Assembly (NCBI GenBank): GCA_964016885.1
Contig: OZ024745.1
Location: forward strand, 43,090,001 to 43,154,000
Length of the DNA stretch: 64,000 nt
Reading direction: 5' to 3'
DNA from: Eledone cirrhosa
Taxonomy: Eukaryota
The first letter of the stretch is position 1. The number at the start of each line of letters is the position of its first letter. This document shows positions 1-14,060 of this stretch, piece by piece. The position numbers and the translations under genes are program-made. Below the pieces are notes generated by a model. The model saw nothing but the letters and a program-made list of their open reading frames with translations. It had not been told where the DNA came from and searched no databases.

Positions 1-855
1 GTTTTGTTCCATTTGATATGGGATTGGTCGGAAGACCGTGTCTCGCTCGTACGGAAGTGTCTCTGGCAGGTTTTCTATGGCTGGATGCCCTTCCTAACAC
101 CAACCACTTTTACAGTGTGGACTGGGAGCCTTTTTACCGTGTCTCCTACACGACCACTTTACAGTGTGGACTGAGTGCCTTTTGTTGTGTCACCAACACA
201 GTGGATGGAAATGGAAGGATGGGGTAGGGTGTGTTGTATATTGGGTTAAGAGGTGCCTACTGACTATAGGTTTTTATACAAGGGAAGGCGGGTCTTCTAT
301 ACAACTGCATGGAACCAAAGATCTCGATCCAGTGACATTGTCTTAGAGAGGTGTAAGTGAGCAAGGTCAGTTTTTTCAGAGAAGAACACCAAAGTTAAAA
401 GTTCAAAGATTTAGGTTTGAATAGGTAATTAATACCGACAGTGTAAGAGATAATTAAATGAAGAGTTAATGAGAGCTAGGGAAGTGATGTACTACATTGA
501 CCTAAAAAGTAACCACTGCTCTAAGACTTACGACTATTTTACAAAACAACTTGGTGTAATGAACATACATCTATAGCTACATGAGAGTATGTTGGATATT
601 ACCATATTGTCTTTTTAAAATTAAATACCATATGTTTAAATGACTGTATAATTTGTTAATAAAGAGCACAGATAAAACAAAATACACAGAAGCAGTGTAG
701 AAGTATATAAATAATAATTTCTACTATAGGCACAAGGCCCGCAATTTGGGGGAGGGGAAAGTCGATTAAATCGACCCCAGTGCATTACTGGTGTTTTATT
801 TTATCAACCCCGAAAGGATGAAAAGCAGGATTTGAACTCTGAAGTATATAAATAA

Positions 856-1192
856 TTCATCATTTCATTTTACGTCCGCTTTTTCCCTGCTTGCAAGGGT
901 TGGACGGGAACTGATTCTGGCTTGATTTCTACAGCTGGATGCCCTTCCTAACACCAACCTCATTTACAGTGAGTGCCAGGGTGCTTTTTTGCCATGGCAC
1001 CTCCACAACCACTTTGCAGTGGAATGATATGGACCCCAGTCCCTATCATCTCATTTCTACAGCTGAGTAAACTGGAGCAATGTGAAATAAAGTGTCTTGC
1101 TCAAGGACACAACACATCACCCGATCTGAGAATTGAACTCACAACCTTTCGATTGCAAGGACAATGCTCTAACCACTAAGCCATGTGCCTCC
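856..1192 (-). mobile_element. tRNA-derived SINE family A (RTE-type 3' tail)
   Basis: Minus strand: A box TGGCTTAGTGG, B box-like GAGTTCAATTC, central GTGTCCTTGAGCAAGACACTT, tail CCCTTGCAAGCAGGGAAAAGCGGACGTAAAATGA matching the RTE LINE 3' end at ~63722-63755. Near-identical copies at 50461-50801 and 59591-59935. Confidence 0.85.
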
Positions 1193-1590
1193 ATTGTTTC
1201 TACTTTTGACACAAGGCCATCAATTACCTAGTGCATTACTGGTACTTTATTTTATCGACCCCGTAAGGATGAAAGGCCAAGTTAACCTCGGCGGGATTAG
1301 GCAAGTGTCATTTACCATAGCTTCATGTCGACTCATATCTTGTGAGTGAAATTGGATAGACGGAAATTGTTTAGAAGCCCAGCAAATGGACTGCACCTGT
1401 AATTAAAAGTACAGCTTTGTCAGATACTGGGTCATGATAAATCTCACTGAGAATTACGTTAAAGGTTCATGTGTCTGTGGAATTCTCTGCCACTTTCACA
1501 TTAATTTCATGAGCAGGCTATTCCATTGATCAAACAACTGGAATACTCATTATCAAAACCAACAGAGGTCTATTGATTGATTGGCCTTAA

Positions 1591-1787
1591 CCCTTTAGCA
1601 TTTACATTACTCTATATATACTATTGTATTTTTGTGGTAAAAGCTTATCTCACATAATATTGAATCTATGAGATTTTGATATTATTTATTTTGAGAACAA
1701 TACCTTAACATCAGTATGAGTGGCCAGTTATAACAGAAAGAGGTGAGAGTATTCTGACCGGATACAACCAGTTTAAATGCTAAAGGG
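1591..1787. mobile_element. piggyBac-type MITE
   Basis: TTAA|CCCTTTAGCATTT...AAATGCTAAAGGG|TTAA: TTAA target duplication and CCC-starting TIRs. Same family at 7149-7323 and 50108-50295. Confidence 0.85.
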
Positions 1788-2059
1788 TTAAGTATATATT
1801 CTTGGTGTATAAGGGGATACATGTGAGTGTGTGTGGCTACAAGAAACTTTTCATTTTCAATCTTTTAACCTTTTACAATTACTTTAACATTCTTGTAGTG
1901 CCCATATCTTCTGTAGGTGATTGAAAGCTCTCAAACTGGCCAACAGGAGGGAAAAGAAGCATAAAAAAAAGAGAAGATAAAAAATGGAAAACAAGGTCAC
2001 CTCTAAAGCAGCTAAATGTTTCTGTTGTTGAATCTTTTTGTAGCCTCCATATACTGAAA

Positions 2060-2780
2060 GATCTTATTTATAATTAGTAGATCTTTGATAATATATTGTA
2101 TCTTGGTAATTTTTTAATGATCAGCTTCAAGATGTCTTCTCTTTCAGACTGATGGTTTCTACATTGGAACAAATAATGCCATAGAGTTTCTGGGCAGTCT
2201 CCACATGAATATAGAGGTGATTCTTTGTGACCTGTTTGTGATAGGGCCCATTAAAAGCCATCATTGTCATTGTTTATGTTTTAAATATTGACAGCTCTAA
2301 CTGAGATAGTGGAGGGTTGAAATTTGAGAGCTTATATCTAGATTCTTTCCCAAATTTTCTCCACCCATGACTTATTATATTTTTGCTAAATTATTTCAGT
2401 TCTAGTAGATTTGGAATGTAGTTTATCTATTATTTCCTTTTGTGCTCACTCCTTTGTTAATTCATTTGCTTTTCTATTTCCATCCAATATCTTTATGCCT
2501 TGGTACCCAAATCATTGTTATTTGTATATTATTTTCTGAAAGATAGTTATTGATTCTTAGCAGAGTACTCTCAATGTCTCTAACCCGGCCTATTTAGCTG
2601 AATCTATGAATGATATAATTCTCCACCAGTCTGCGTCAAATATTGTGAAATCCCAATGTATCTCTATTATTATTGTAGGAAACTCCTATTTCTATTATTA
2701 TTATTTTTGAAAAACCAAGTTTCTCCACCCTCTGCTCCCTGGTCTGAATGTGCTGCATTTGTAATCAGTTGTGAAATAAA
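2060..2780 (-). mobile_element. degenerate I-group (RNase H-bearing) LINE 3' fragment
   Basis: Manual minus-strand translation gives ITMIWVPRHKDI/(frameshift)DGNRKANELTK (RNase H W-V-P-x-H...GN..A..L.K motif) near 2450-2520 and SPLYSCGDCPETLWHYLFQCRNH (C-terminal zinc-knuckle region) near 2150-2225; stops and frameshifts present. Confidence 0.7.
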
Positions 2781-4315
2781 CCTTTCCATTTAGTTCTTAA
2801 TTTCTAACAAATGGAAATATGGAAAATTTCTTACAAATCAGATATGAATATATAAAGTTAAGAACATGTCTCAAGGTTGTAATGCAATATATTATTGTCT
2901 AAATGTACCATTTAACTCTATTCCCCTGTTATTTGACCTTTGACGTGTATCCATTTTTCTATGCCAATATGGTTTTTATGTTGTAATGAACTTAAACTCC
3001 CTTCATCAGTTAATGTATGAGTGTTAACCTCATCAGCTTGGATCTTACTAACTTACAATAAATCTAGGTTACCATTTTATATTAGCTAAGTTGACCTTTG
3101 ATAACAAAACTTAATTAAAACAATCACTTTCCTTCAAGTTTATATTATTTTAAAATTCAGGAAAAACGAAGACTGTATATATTCTGCTAAAGAATTCTTT
3201 GGTATCTTAGCAAAAGGTCAGTCAACTAGCATGAAAATCCTACTTTATAACATGTCAAAATTACATTTATTTGTTTACTCCAATTTCCTACACTTATTAC
3301 ATATGATGAAATAAGTGTAGGAAATAGGAGTAATGTAAATATACAGTAATGTAAACTTGATCTCATCATACAACTTTGTGGCAAAAATTTTCTCAAGCCA
3401 GTTCTAGTATAAAATGTGTAACCTGCTTTCCTGGGTCATATGAAGCAGGATACATGTTCTAATAATGATATTGTATATATGCCTGTCTAACCTTTGCAAG
3501 TGTGGAAAATAGACGTGAAATGGTGATGGTGATGAAGATCAAAAATCAAGTTGTTCTAAATATATTATAATGCTATCACAAAGTAATTTCAATTAATTAA
3601 ATTGAATGTATTGAATTCAGAAATATAATACTGTAATTATATTTTTTCAGAAATATCACTATCAATTAGCTCCTAAACAAACATTTATCAATGTATGTGT
3701 TGTGTTGGGACTTGGTTTCAAAGATGAATGTTCCAATTTTTCAAACAATGGAACAGCTTGCCATATTCCTCCTTAACATATTTCTCAGGGACATTCAGCA
3801 TGGCACAGTGTGACAAAGCTGGCACTTTGAAATACAAATCTGACTCCTTTTTTTTTCAGGACACAATATTGCACCAGGAATTGAAATGACAGCCTTGCAA
3901 TCATGAGACAAACACTCTAACCACAAAGCCATGTACCTTCATATATTTATCAACATTAATAATAATAACAATAGCATGACAAATACAAACAATACAATAA
4001 AAAAGAACAACATTAAAAATTATTTCATATAATCATTATACGTTCTGTGAAATATATCGTAGAACTTTAATTAAAATCTAATCAAAATCTAGTAATTAAA
4101 TCTAGGCTTTAGGTAATGGTGTGTATGTATGCTATATTTTAGGTAGGATTTTGAATTGAGAGTGAACCTAGTTATTGACAGAAAGTTCAATTCATTTTTT
4201 CTCAATAAAACAAGAATCTGTACATAACTTGAACTTGACACTACAAGATATGAAATTTAGCACAAACAATTATTTGTCCAGCTCATGCAAGCATGGAAAA
4301 ACACACATAAAAACG

Positions 4316-4346
<31 letters not shown>

Positions 4347-4592
4347 ATACTGAAACAAATTTTGCTAAATTATACAGATTAGGTTGTCTGAACTTACGAG
4401 AATTGTTAAGAAGTTTGCTACGCAATCATCAGGTCCCAGGTTTGATCCCAACACATGGTATCCTGGGTAAGCGTTATTTACTATGACCCGAGATCAATCC
4501 ATAATTTGTGAGGGAAACTGGAGAGACAGAAACTATTTGGAAACCCATCAGATGAATTTCACCAGTAATTTAAACGGCCAGCTTTCTTACAC

Positions 4593-4905
4593 ACTGTCAG
4601 AAAACAGCACAACTCCCATGACTTTCTGAAACATTTTTTCACACTCAGAGTTGCTGAAGCATGGAACAAACTACTTGCATTGGTTGTTAGCTGTTGAGAC
4701 ACTGCATCCTTTAAAACCTCCATGCTTCCTGAAATTCACCAACACTACATCTGATATTCTCCCTCCATATACACGCACACATGTATTTCATGACTCATAC
4801 ACTGTTCACTTTCCTGACATTTGAACATCATTCTATGTACTATACATGCACATTTGATGAGTTGTAGTGCACCTGAGCACTGTACACAATAATTTCATGA
4901 TTATT
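4593..4905 (+). mobile_element. CR1/L2-like LINE 3' fragment
   Basis: Reads FFTLRVAEAWNKL (typical CR1 ORF2 C-terminus) followed by a 3' UTR; inverted copy at ~57380-57670. Confidence 0.6.
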
Positions 4906-5114
4906 ATATATATAATTTGCTAAATATGAGAACATCATCATCACTGCTTTACATCTATTTTTCATACTTGCATGGGTTAGACAGGTTGTCACATTCTGAG
5001 GCTAGACTGATCAGATGACAGTGTCTTGCTCATATGTTCTATTTTCACTTGGTTTTTACAGTTGGATGCCCTTCCTAATGCTAACCACTTCACATGTACC
5101 AGGTTCATTGTATT

Positions 5115-5380
5115 GTGGCACCAGCACTATCACCTGACAGAGTGGACTGGGTGCATTTTTCGTGGTACCAGCGCTACCAATTTGCAGTGTGGACTAAGTG
5201 AATTTTATCGTGATACCAGCACTACCACTTTGCAGTATAGGCTAGGTACATTTTATCATGTCACCAACACGTCTACTTTACAGATTGGGCTGAGTGCCTT
5301 TTATTGTGGCACCAGTACTACCACATTACAGAGTGGGTTGGGTGCCTTTTATCATGCCACCAGTACTACCACATTACAAC
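5115..5380. repeat. ~39-bp tandem repeat from the SINE A internal domain
   Basis: About 6 diverged units of GGCACCAGyACTACCACTTTrCAGTGTGGACTGGGTGC-TTTT; similar array at ~11085-11330. Confidence 0.7.
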
Positions 5381-7148
5381 ATTGGGGTGCTTAGACTCTT
5401 GGCCAGGCTGGGAGCACAATAATAGGGAGTGTGGGGGGTCTGGTGAGAGTGGGGTGTGGGCCACTTGCTACTAGCTGATGGCGGGAATCAGTGACGTCAA
5501 TGCTCTGTATTGAAATGGTATCAATGCCATTGTAATAGAAAATGAGAATCTTACATATGCATTGCTAAAATATTTGTTATAATTGTTCAATAATATTTTC
5601 ATTATTGGTTGACAGATATTTAACAAATGATGATGATTATAAAAAATAACATTTTTCGTTGAGTCACAAGCTAGCTGGGTGGACAGATAGATACATAAAA
5701 AGTCATTAATAGATAAGTAACAAGACAGATAAGTGCAAGATACACTCCCATAAATGAGCTTTGACGTATTATCAGTGATGTGACATGGGTTGTTAGGTAT
5801 CTCATATTTTTCAACATCATACACACTTGCCCAGGTAACCCAAGCAGGGTTGATCAAGCCCTGACTTGCATCCTAGCAGCAACCAACCCTTTTTTATTCA
5901 AAGAGATAAGGCATATAAAATAGATAGACTTGAAAAATAGGTATCTGATAGAGAGAGAGGGGGGGGGGGGGGTGAAATAGCTGACATGCTCCAAACATAT
6001 CACACAATCATACCAACACAGTTTTCTCTCCTGCACACTGCATCTGATTCCTCTTATATACAGGTTTTCTCTCAGCTCATGCAGGCATTGCTGTTTGAAC
6101 GCAAGCATTATACAATGCAATCTGCCTTTCATTCTGAAGGACCATAGAAACTACCCTTACTTTCTTGACTAAATAGTAAGAAGAAAAAAGGGAGGGGGGG
6201 GGGGGGTCAATCATGGTTACTGTCGTAAATTTATGAGCAAAACCTTCATAGATCAGTCATTGTTGGGTTATCAGTCAGACCTATCTCACCAGTTTTAGCA
6301 ATTCGTTCCTGTCTTTTTGCGTATGTGTGTATGTATGTGTATATGTGTGTAGTATTGGTAGAATGGAGTCAACCAAACTTAGGACACTTTAAGGTTGGGA
6401 TTGACTTGTCCATCCACAAACCGTCTCCCTCTTCAAAGTTAGTATTGCATTGCATATCAAACTTTGGATATGTTAAACGAATATATTAAGAAGGTTCCAG
6501 AAGTCTTTGGTCACGTAACAGCAGGATATAACCCCCACTCTCGCCACCAAAAAGGTAATCTAAAAATCCTTCTTGATTCTACACCCTTTGGAATCATATA
6601 GTTGCAAGCTTTCCCCTATCAATAATAATGATTCTTCCAACACACCAATATTGCATGTCGTTTGATATAAAAGAATCGTACCTTACAAAGGTATTTATCC
6701 TTTTACTTAGCATTCATTAAAACATACACCAAAACAAATACACGACACATTATATTATTTTATTAGAATTATTAGCAATCATCTTATTGCCACACACACA
6801 CGTGTATATAAGAGGGTCGGCTGAAAAGCTCATAGGTTAACCAAGATACTCTCATGGAATGACCAAATGAGGTTTATTTTTTAACATAGCCTCTGCAAAA
6901 AACAATGCAGTTATTAATAAGAGTTGAAATTAATGCATGCAAGATTTCACAGCTCTAGCATCATCCCTCATAGACAGCCGGCACTCGTTTAATATAAAAT
7001 AACATACACACACACATATTTTACCCTGGCATCTTGGGTTAATAGAAATGAAATGCGTGCAATACAATTGCCGCCATGGGTCCACTAGAATATATATTTA
7101 AAATGTAAAAATAACGAAATCTACTCGTATCAAGATTCTTCGTCTTAA

Positions 7149-7323
7149 CCCTTTAGCATTTCCATATATTTTCGCGATAAAGGCTTTATCTCACATAATA
7201 TTGAATCTATGAGATTTTGAGAACAATACCTTAACATTGGTATGAGTGGCTGGTTACGGCTAGTTTGAAAAGAAAGAGGTGAGGGTATTCTGGCTGGATA
7301 CAGCCAGTTTAAATGCTAAAGGA
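7149..7323. mobile_element. piggyBac-type MITE
   Basis: TTAA TSDs, CCCTTTAGCATTT TIR (right TIR has one substitution); homologous to 1591-1787. Confidence 0.8.
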
Positions 7324-7727
7324 TTAAGTCTTGGCGATGTAAATAATTGTTTCTACTTTAGGCACAAGGCCAGCAATTACTCAGTACATTACTGGTACTT
7401 TATTTTATCGACCAAGTAAGGATGAAAGGCAAAGTTAACCTCGGCGGGATTTGAACTCAGACTGTAAATAATGAATGATTTCAATGTTTTTTTTGCTTTC
7501 GTAGTCACCAAACAAGATATGTACAATATCATTATAAAACCACGTAAGTGATATCCACTTAGTGCTAGATTTGTTTGAAATCTTCGTTTTTACCCCTCTG
7601 ACACATAAGAATGGTAGGTTGGTCAGCAGTAGAACAACTATGTATGTATTTACTTATATTAGGACAATAAAAACACTCGTCTATTTGTATATCTATTTAT
7701 CTACCTACTTTCTACCCGCTTGTTTAG

Positions 7728-7766
<39 letters not shown>

Positions 7767-8040
7767 GATCTATCTATCTCTCTCTATATATATCTGTTGA
7801 TCTATCTATCTATCTCTTGATCTATCTATCTCTCTATATATGTGTGTGTATGCATGCGTGCGTGTGAATATGCAGCAATCTCTCCGTACAGCACAGAGAT
7901 TGCCGTACACATGCACACACGCATCTATTCAGCAATACATACATAAATACATATTCTATTTAGCGGCAACGAAAGCGAAAATAATTGATTTCCGACCAGG
8001 ATGTTTGATATGATAAAACAACAAACAAACAATAACTTAC

Positions 8041-8410
8041 AAGACTCGTCTGATTCCAGCGATGGGTAGATTCCATTGCATCCCAGTTGAACTTCTACTT
8101 TTAAGTTGCTGAAAATACCAAACTGCTTTTTTTCGAATAGAAAAGATTCTTGTAAACGGGGCTCTAAACGTATAAACGTTCTCTTCCACCATCGCTTGAA
8201 GCCAGAATCTAAAACGTCGCAAGATGAAGCTGTTGCAGTGAATGTGAAGCTATACGGATGAATTTGCAAAACATTATCGAGGCTCTTGATTTTTTGTGGT
8301 AACGGCCAAACACGATTATTGCTATCAAGGGCTACACAGAAATTCAACAAAGTTAAGAAGAGATATAGCGTAAGTGGAAGAAAAAAGACACCTTTTGCCA
8401 TTGATGACAT
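8041..8410 (-). CDS. HEXB: beta-hexosaminidase subunit alpha/beta-like (GH20), first coding exon
   Basis: Signal peptide then VWPLPQ...F.F....SCDVLDSGFKRW...L.V.V..GC...PSLESDES, matching the HEXA/HEXB N-terminal domain; ends at a canonical phase-1 donor TCTT|GTAAGT (DES-Y). Later exons were not recognised in the window. HEXA vs HEXB cannot be resolved. Confidence 0.9.
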
Positions 8411-9051
8411 AGTGTAAATAGAGGTGGGGAAAAAGATAATGTTCGTTGGATGTTAAAGTCTCAACAAATGAATGTAGTTCTAGTTGTCAAACTGAATCCG
8501 GTAGTGCGGCAGAAAGAAAACAGACTAATGATAAATAGAAAAAGAAAGAAGAAAAAAGCAATAAGGTTTTTGTTAGTTTGTTGTTTTGTAAATAGAGTTT
8601 ATGTCACTATTTTACATGTATATATCTGCCAATGCTTATTCAGTTACCCTTTGATACTTTAAAAATTACGTCTCAACACAGCTGACATGCCCCGATGACC
8701 TCAGAATTAAATAATAACAAGCAGCAGCAGCGTGTATTACGCTTTTACTTCTAAATATGAGTTTACTCCTGTCAACACAAACAATAGACTAGCAATAACA
8801 TATACAATGAGCAGCTAACACAAACAGAGGATAGAAACAAATGATAGGAATTATCTACAAAATTTAATACATACATAGAGGACATAGTAAAGAAAGCAAA
8901 ATGATATTTCATGATATAGTAGCACGACATTTATTCAAAATTAATAAAAAATAGCACTTTAAATATCACCATCATCGTTTTTACATCCACTCTTTCATAT
9001 AGTGGTGGTGCAATTTCTCCGGAGTTAATTTGCTAATAATAATAATAATAA

Positions 9052-9237
9052 TAATTGTTTCTACTTTTTGGCACAAGGCCAGCAATTACCAGTGCATTAC
9101 TGGTACTTTATGTTATCGACCACGTAAGGATGAAAGGCAAAGTCAACCTCAGCGGGATTTGAACTCAGATCGTTAAGGGACGTAACTATGCTGGAAAGCA
9201 TGGCATCCGACCCTCTACCGATACTGCCAATCCACCA
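9052..9237 (-). mobile_element. tRNA-derived SINE family B
   Basis: Reverse complement of the 19299-19489 copy. Confidence 0.85.
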
Positions 9238-12199
9238 TAATAATAATGAAATTATTGTGTACAGTGCTCAGGCGCACTACAATTTCATAGTTTTGGTTAC
9301 AAAACCAGACACCGCCGCCCGCGGCAGAGATAAGCGGAAGATGACCAAATACCAGGTGTTGACTAACCGATTCTTTTTGTGCCGGTCGTCATTAAGATTT
9401 CCGATGTTCTCTTACCTAAGCTGTTTTCTCCCGCTAAAATCTAAACGAAGGCATCACTCCTAAGGAAGGAAGCAGCTTCGCGTATGAAACTATCTAATGG
9501 AGCTTCTATCACTGACTTTGACACGGCAATAGTTTCATTATCTTGCCCGTGGGCTGCACCTGAAATATGCCTTCCAACTAAGTGTGTAGAGTTTTCCCCG
9601 TTCTCCTTCCTATTTTTACTTTCTATTTTGACAAATTGTATTTTTTTTTAAATAACAAACTTTGAACATTAGTCCTGCTTGGTATCCTAACAAATGATAA
9701 AGCAAAGAGGTAGTCTATACTATAATTAGACATGTTGAAAACAACACCCAAATATCCATCAAATTACAAAAGGACACACTGACTACACAGCAACCAGAAA
9801 GGGCCTATAAGAGGGTTGTTCAGCTGGTACCTATATCCAAAGAGTCAAGGAACGGGTTGAGAATGCGACCCCCCCCCCCCCCCAATACCACACACACACT
9901 TCCTTTCGAAACAAAATTTCTCAGTCCTGAATGTTGAGAAGAGCTTCTCTCCATTGCTTGGATTTGATGCTCTTAGGGGTTTCAGAACAATCTGGCAGTG
10001 GTGGTATTGGAGGTGTGGCCAATCTAATTTACAATAATTCTAAGGTGAAGTTTTAGAATAACCAAATCACTGTAAATTTTTCTAAATTTGAGGGTGAAAA
10101 ATTGAAAAAGAGGGGGGAGGAACAGAGCTAATTTATGCCCTCATTTGGCAACGAACCCGTCGGATGCCCTGGTGACCACTATTTTTTAGAGTCTGAAAGG
10201 GTTAGATTTTTATGGGAGCAGGAAGTGCAATGCTTTTGCTCTCCTTTCAAGTCAATTAGCAACAAAAGTGAAAGGGTTCCTCAAAGAAATTAAAACTGAG
10301 TGTAGATATATTCTCCCTTAAAATATTCCTTTCAGTTATTTATATTACTTGGTCTTTTGGTTTGTTTCATAGAATTGGAGTTATTATGGCAATGGAAAGT
10401 TGAGACAATTTTTGATATTTTTATTTTACCCCTTTTTTATATATTTATACGGATAGATGACCTTCCTAACACCAACTGCATTTACAGTGTGTGCTGGGTG
10501 CTTTTTGCCATGTCTCCTACACAACCACTTTACAGTGTGGGCTGGATGTTTTGTGTGAATTTGAAATCTGGCATGAGAATCTCCAAGCTAAATTGTCCAC
10601 ATATGCTCATTAGCAATCTCTCATTTCTTGAAGTATCAACTCTAGTATACCAGAAGGTTTGGTAATATCTTTCACACTATTTCTTCTGTACATGGACTGC
10701 TTTTTTGCTGTCCTTTCAAGCAACTCACACCCATGTGTAGATTATACCATCGTTTTTCCTGCCAAACCTCCTTTATATAAGTGTCAAGCTTAGCCTTTAA
10801 TTCCTAAAATATTGAATTTTTTTTTAGATTTAAGTTTTAGATTTATAAGTGAGATAATGGTATGATGTAGATCGTTTCTTAGATGCAATACCAGTGGAAA
10901 CTTGCTATTACCACTGGTATTTATCCTAATATCTCCCACTAAACCATAAATGCACATTAAAGTAGATTTTTTTTCCACAGACCATGTTGCAAACCTTCTG
11001 ATAGTTTGGTTCAGTCTACTGGGATAATTTTACTTTGAAATCTGCAATAAACCCTTTCATTACTGTATTTCTAACAAGAACACATATTGTAGGGTAGACT
11101 GGGTATTTTTTCATCATGTCCCCAGAACAACCACCTTACAGGATGGACTGGCTGTTTTTTTTTTTTGTCATGACACCTTACATGATGAACTTGGTGTTTT
11201 TTGCTTTGGTATCAGTATGACCACCTTACAGGGTGGACTAGATGTTTTTGTTGTGGCACCAATACTATCACTTTACAGAGTAGACTGAGTGATTTTTGTC
11301 ATGGCACTAACACAACCACTGTATAGAATGGGCGAGATTTTTGGGGGGCGGGGTGGGGGGAGATCACTTTTACAGCTCAATGTCGTTCTGAAAAATAATC
11401 ACTCAATCATCTAGTGCTTTCTTCTCTTCTCTTTGAAAAACTGAAGAATGTCTTGCTAAGACAGAATATAACAACTGTAATACATTTGAACTGACAGCCA
11501 ACATTTAATTTAAAATTCTAAACCAAAAATTAATGCTAAGCTAAAACTGAATCACTTAATGGTACACCAACATTTCTCCTCAGTTCAAGCACATCCCAGT
11601 TCACATATGGATCCCTACTTTCTGCTGGGTTGGTAGTTTAGGATAGTCTCCAAGACTTGTATCATCATCTCAATAAGGTTTATAATCTTCCTCCAGAAGA
11701 CTATATTTTCAAACTGCCATTGCTCTTTCTCTTGGAATTTCAGGGAACTTACTAGGATGTTCACATAATAAAAATGAATCGGATCTTGGCAGGAGTAAAA
11801 CTCAAATGTGTGCACCTAGATATAGGAATAAAAACTAAAGAATGTCACAAGCTGACCAGTATGGCGATTGAATCTGTGATATTTGTAGTATTTGCACAAG
11901 ACTGAATGAAGGCGTGTTGTGTCCTCGAGCAAGATACTTTATTTCATGTTGCTCCAGTTCACTGGTCCTAAGCTGTTAGCTGATCATAGACATACAGGAC
12001 AGTCGATCATGTTTGCCGACCACCAGGGTGTTTATTGGTGGTTGGTCCTAGAGTTTCTCCCGGAGTCGATGATGAAGAGCTATTGAAGTTACATGGTTAC
12101 TTGGTATCTTTTGCTTCAAATTTCTTGTGAAAGAAACACACATCACTTTACGTGACCTCATTGTCTTGTGGTTGACCTCGTGGTGTTGATTTTCCCTCA

Positions 12200-13115
12200 T
12201 TACACCCTTTTCTGCCTCTTTCCCACACTTTCACACTTTGTATCCCTCTTTACCCCTCTTCCCTACTTTTCCCCATTTTTTAACCTGCTGTCTTCCCTCC
12301 TTCGTTCCTTCCTTTGATGTTTCTCCTCCCTTTCTTCCACTTCTGCCTCTTCCAACCCATACTTTCCCTACCCCCTTTACTCCATTTCCTACCCTCTTTC
12401 TCCTTTTTTTGATTTCACCCACCACTTTACCTGCCACATTACCCACAATAATCATTTTACATACCACTTTACCCACAATAATTATTTTACTTACCATTTT
12501 ACCTACCCTTTTACCCACCATTTTACCTACCACTACCAACAATAATTATTTTACCCGCGTTTTGTATTTGAGGGGGGGTCCGTTTTTTAATTGAGGGGGG
12601 GGATCCATTTTTTATTTGTAGGGATCCGTTTTTTATTGCGGGGGGGGGGTTATCTGGGGGAGTGGGCGTTTTTTATTTGGGGGAGGGTCCGTTTTTTATG
12701 GGCGGGGGGGACGTTTTTTTATCTGGGGGAGTGTCCGTTTTTTATTTGGGGGGATCCATTTTTTATTTGGGGGTCCGTTTTTTATGGGGGGGGGGGGTTA
12801 TTTGGGGAGGATCCATTTTTTATTTGCGAGGGGGGGGTCCGTTTTTTATTTGGGGATCCATTTTTTATCGGAAGGGGGGGGGGGTTATCTGGGGGAGATC
12901 CCTTTTTTTATTTGGAGAGGAATCCGTTTTTTTATTTTGGGGGCATCAGTTATTTATTTGAGGGTCCGTTTTTTATTTGGGGGATCCATTTTTTATTTGG
13001 GGGGGGATCCATTTTTATTTAGGGGGATCCGTTTTTCATTTGGGGGATCCATTTTTAATTGGGGGGGGGGTCAGATTTTTACCCACAATAATTATTTTGC
13101 CAATAATTATTTTGC
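12200..13115. repeat. C/T-rich tract followed by G-rich ~20-22 bp minisatellite
   Basis: Units like GGGGGGATCCrTTTTTTATTT from ~12570-13075, bounded by TTACCC(AC)AATAATTATTTT motifs; the overlapping ORFs are low-complexity artefacts. Confidence 0.85.
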
Positions 13116-13224
13116 CTTTTGGTCATTACTCAAGATTCATGATCCTCGGTAAGAGTTGGCAGGAATACCGGGAAGACAGCGAGATTGGCTTTTACACCTA
13201 CCCCCCTTCATCTGATTGCTGAAT

Positions 13225-13370
13225 GCTGAGGCTGGCACATTTCTGGACCAGCTTTTGCAATTCTTGCACTTAATTCAGCCTCCTGCATTCCATCACTCAT
13301 GAACACGGCTCCAAGATACTTGAACTTCTCTAACTGCTTCAGTAGAACTCCATTCACATGTATATAAATT
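13225..13370 (-). mobile_element. RTE-clade LINE RT fragment
   Basis: VNGVLLKQLEKFKYLGAVFMSDGMQEAELSARIAKA = RT thumb KYLG / RI.KA motif. Confidence 0.75.
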
Positions 13371-13564
13371 TGAGGGACTTCTGTCCACCCGTCCATCACG
13401 CAATGTGTATGTGTGTTTGTGTGAATGTATGTGTGTGTAAAAGGAAGGAAAGGGATACACACATATATATGTCTAATTTAAAAACAGTAACACACACACG
13501 TGTCTCTAATTTAAGAACGCCGACAAACTCACGCGCGCGCACATACACACACTGTCCTATTACC

Positions 13565-14060
13565 ACTCAAGAGCTTTGGCTTGGGCTAACATCCCCTCAA
13601 TTTTGGAACCATCTGGGTTGTCCTGAATTGATGGGAAAAGACTTGACGGTCTTACTCTGTGCTCCTGGTCAAGAGGCAGGTGCCTTACCTGGGACGTCAC
13701 AGTTAGTGACTCTTTTGCTTCTTCCCACATCCTGGATGCAGCGCATAGGGCGAGAGCTACAGCATCCGCAGCTGAACGGAACAAAATCCTAAAATACCGT
13801 GTTCTGTCAGCTAACTACATTATCCAGGCTGTGACGTTCGAGACATTTGGGGGACTCGGGTTGCTGACAGCGAGATTCTTATCTTCACTGGCGGCTCGCC
13901 AAACAGAAGTAACTGGTGATGCTCATGAGGGCACTTGCTTGTTCCAGCACCCCAGGTAACACTGCAAGCGTGCTGGTCTGCCTCAAAAATTATTAGAGAG
14001 GTTTCCCAGTGCTCCTCGCTATATTGCTATCTTTTGCTCTGGGAGCGGCTGTTTTTCCAA
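13565..14060 (+). mobile_element. CRE-clade non-LTR retrotransposon 3' fragment (RLE endonuclease)
   Basis: Manual translation PSILEPSGLS*IDGKRLDGLTLCSWSRGRCLTWDVTVSDSFA...AAERNKILKY...VTFETFGG: R-P-D-G / W-D-V-T / K..KY / ETFG pattern. Confidence 0.75.

Noticed and set aside
5471-5857. 128-aa ORF as hexosaminidase exon 2
   Set aside because: Lacks the expected WGALRG/LETFSQ motifs; no homology recognised.
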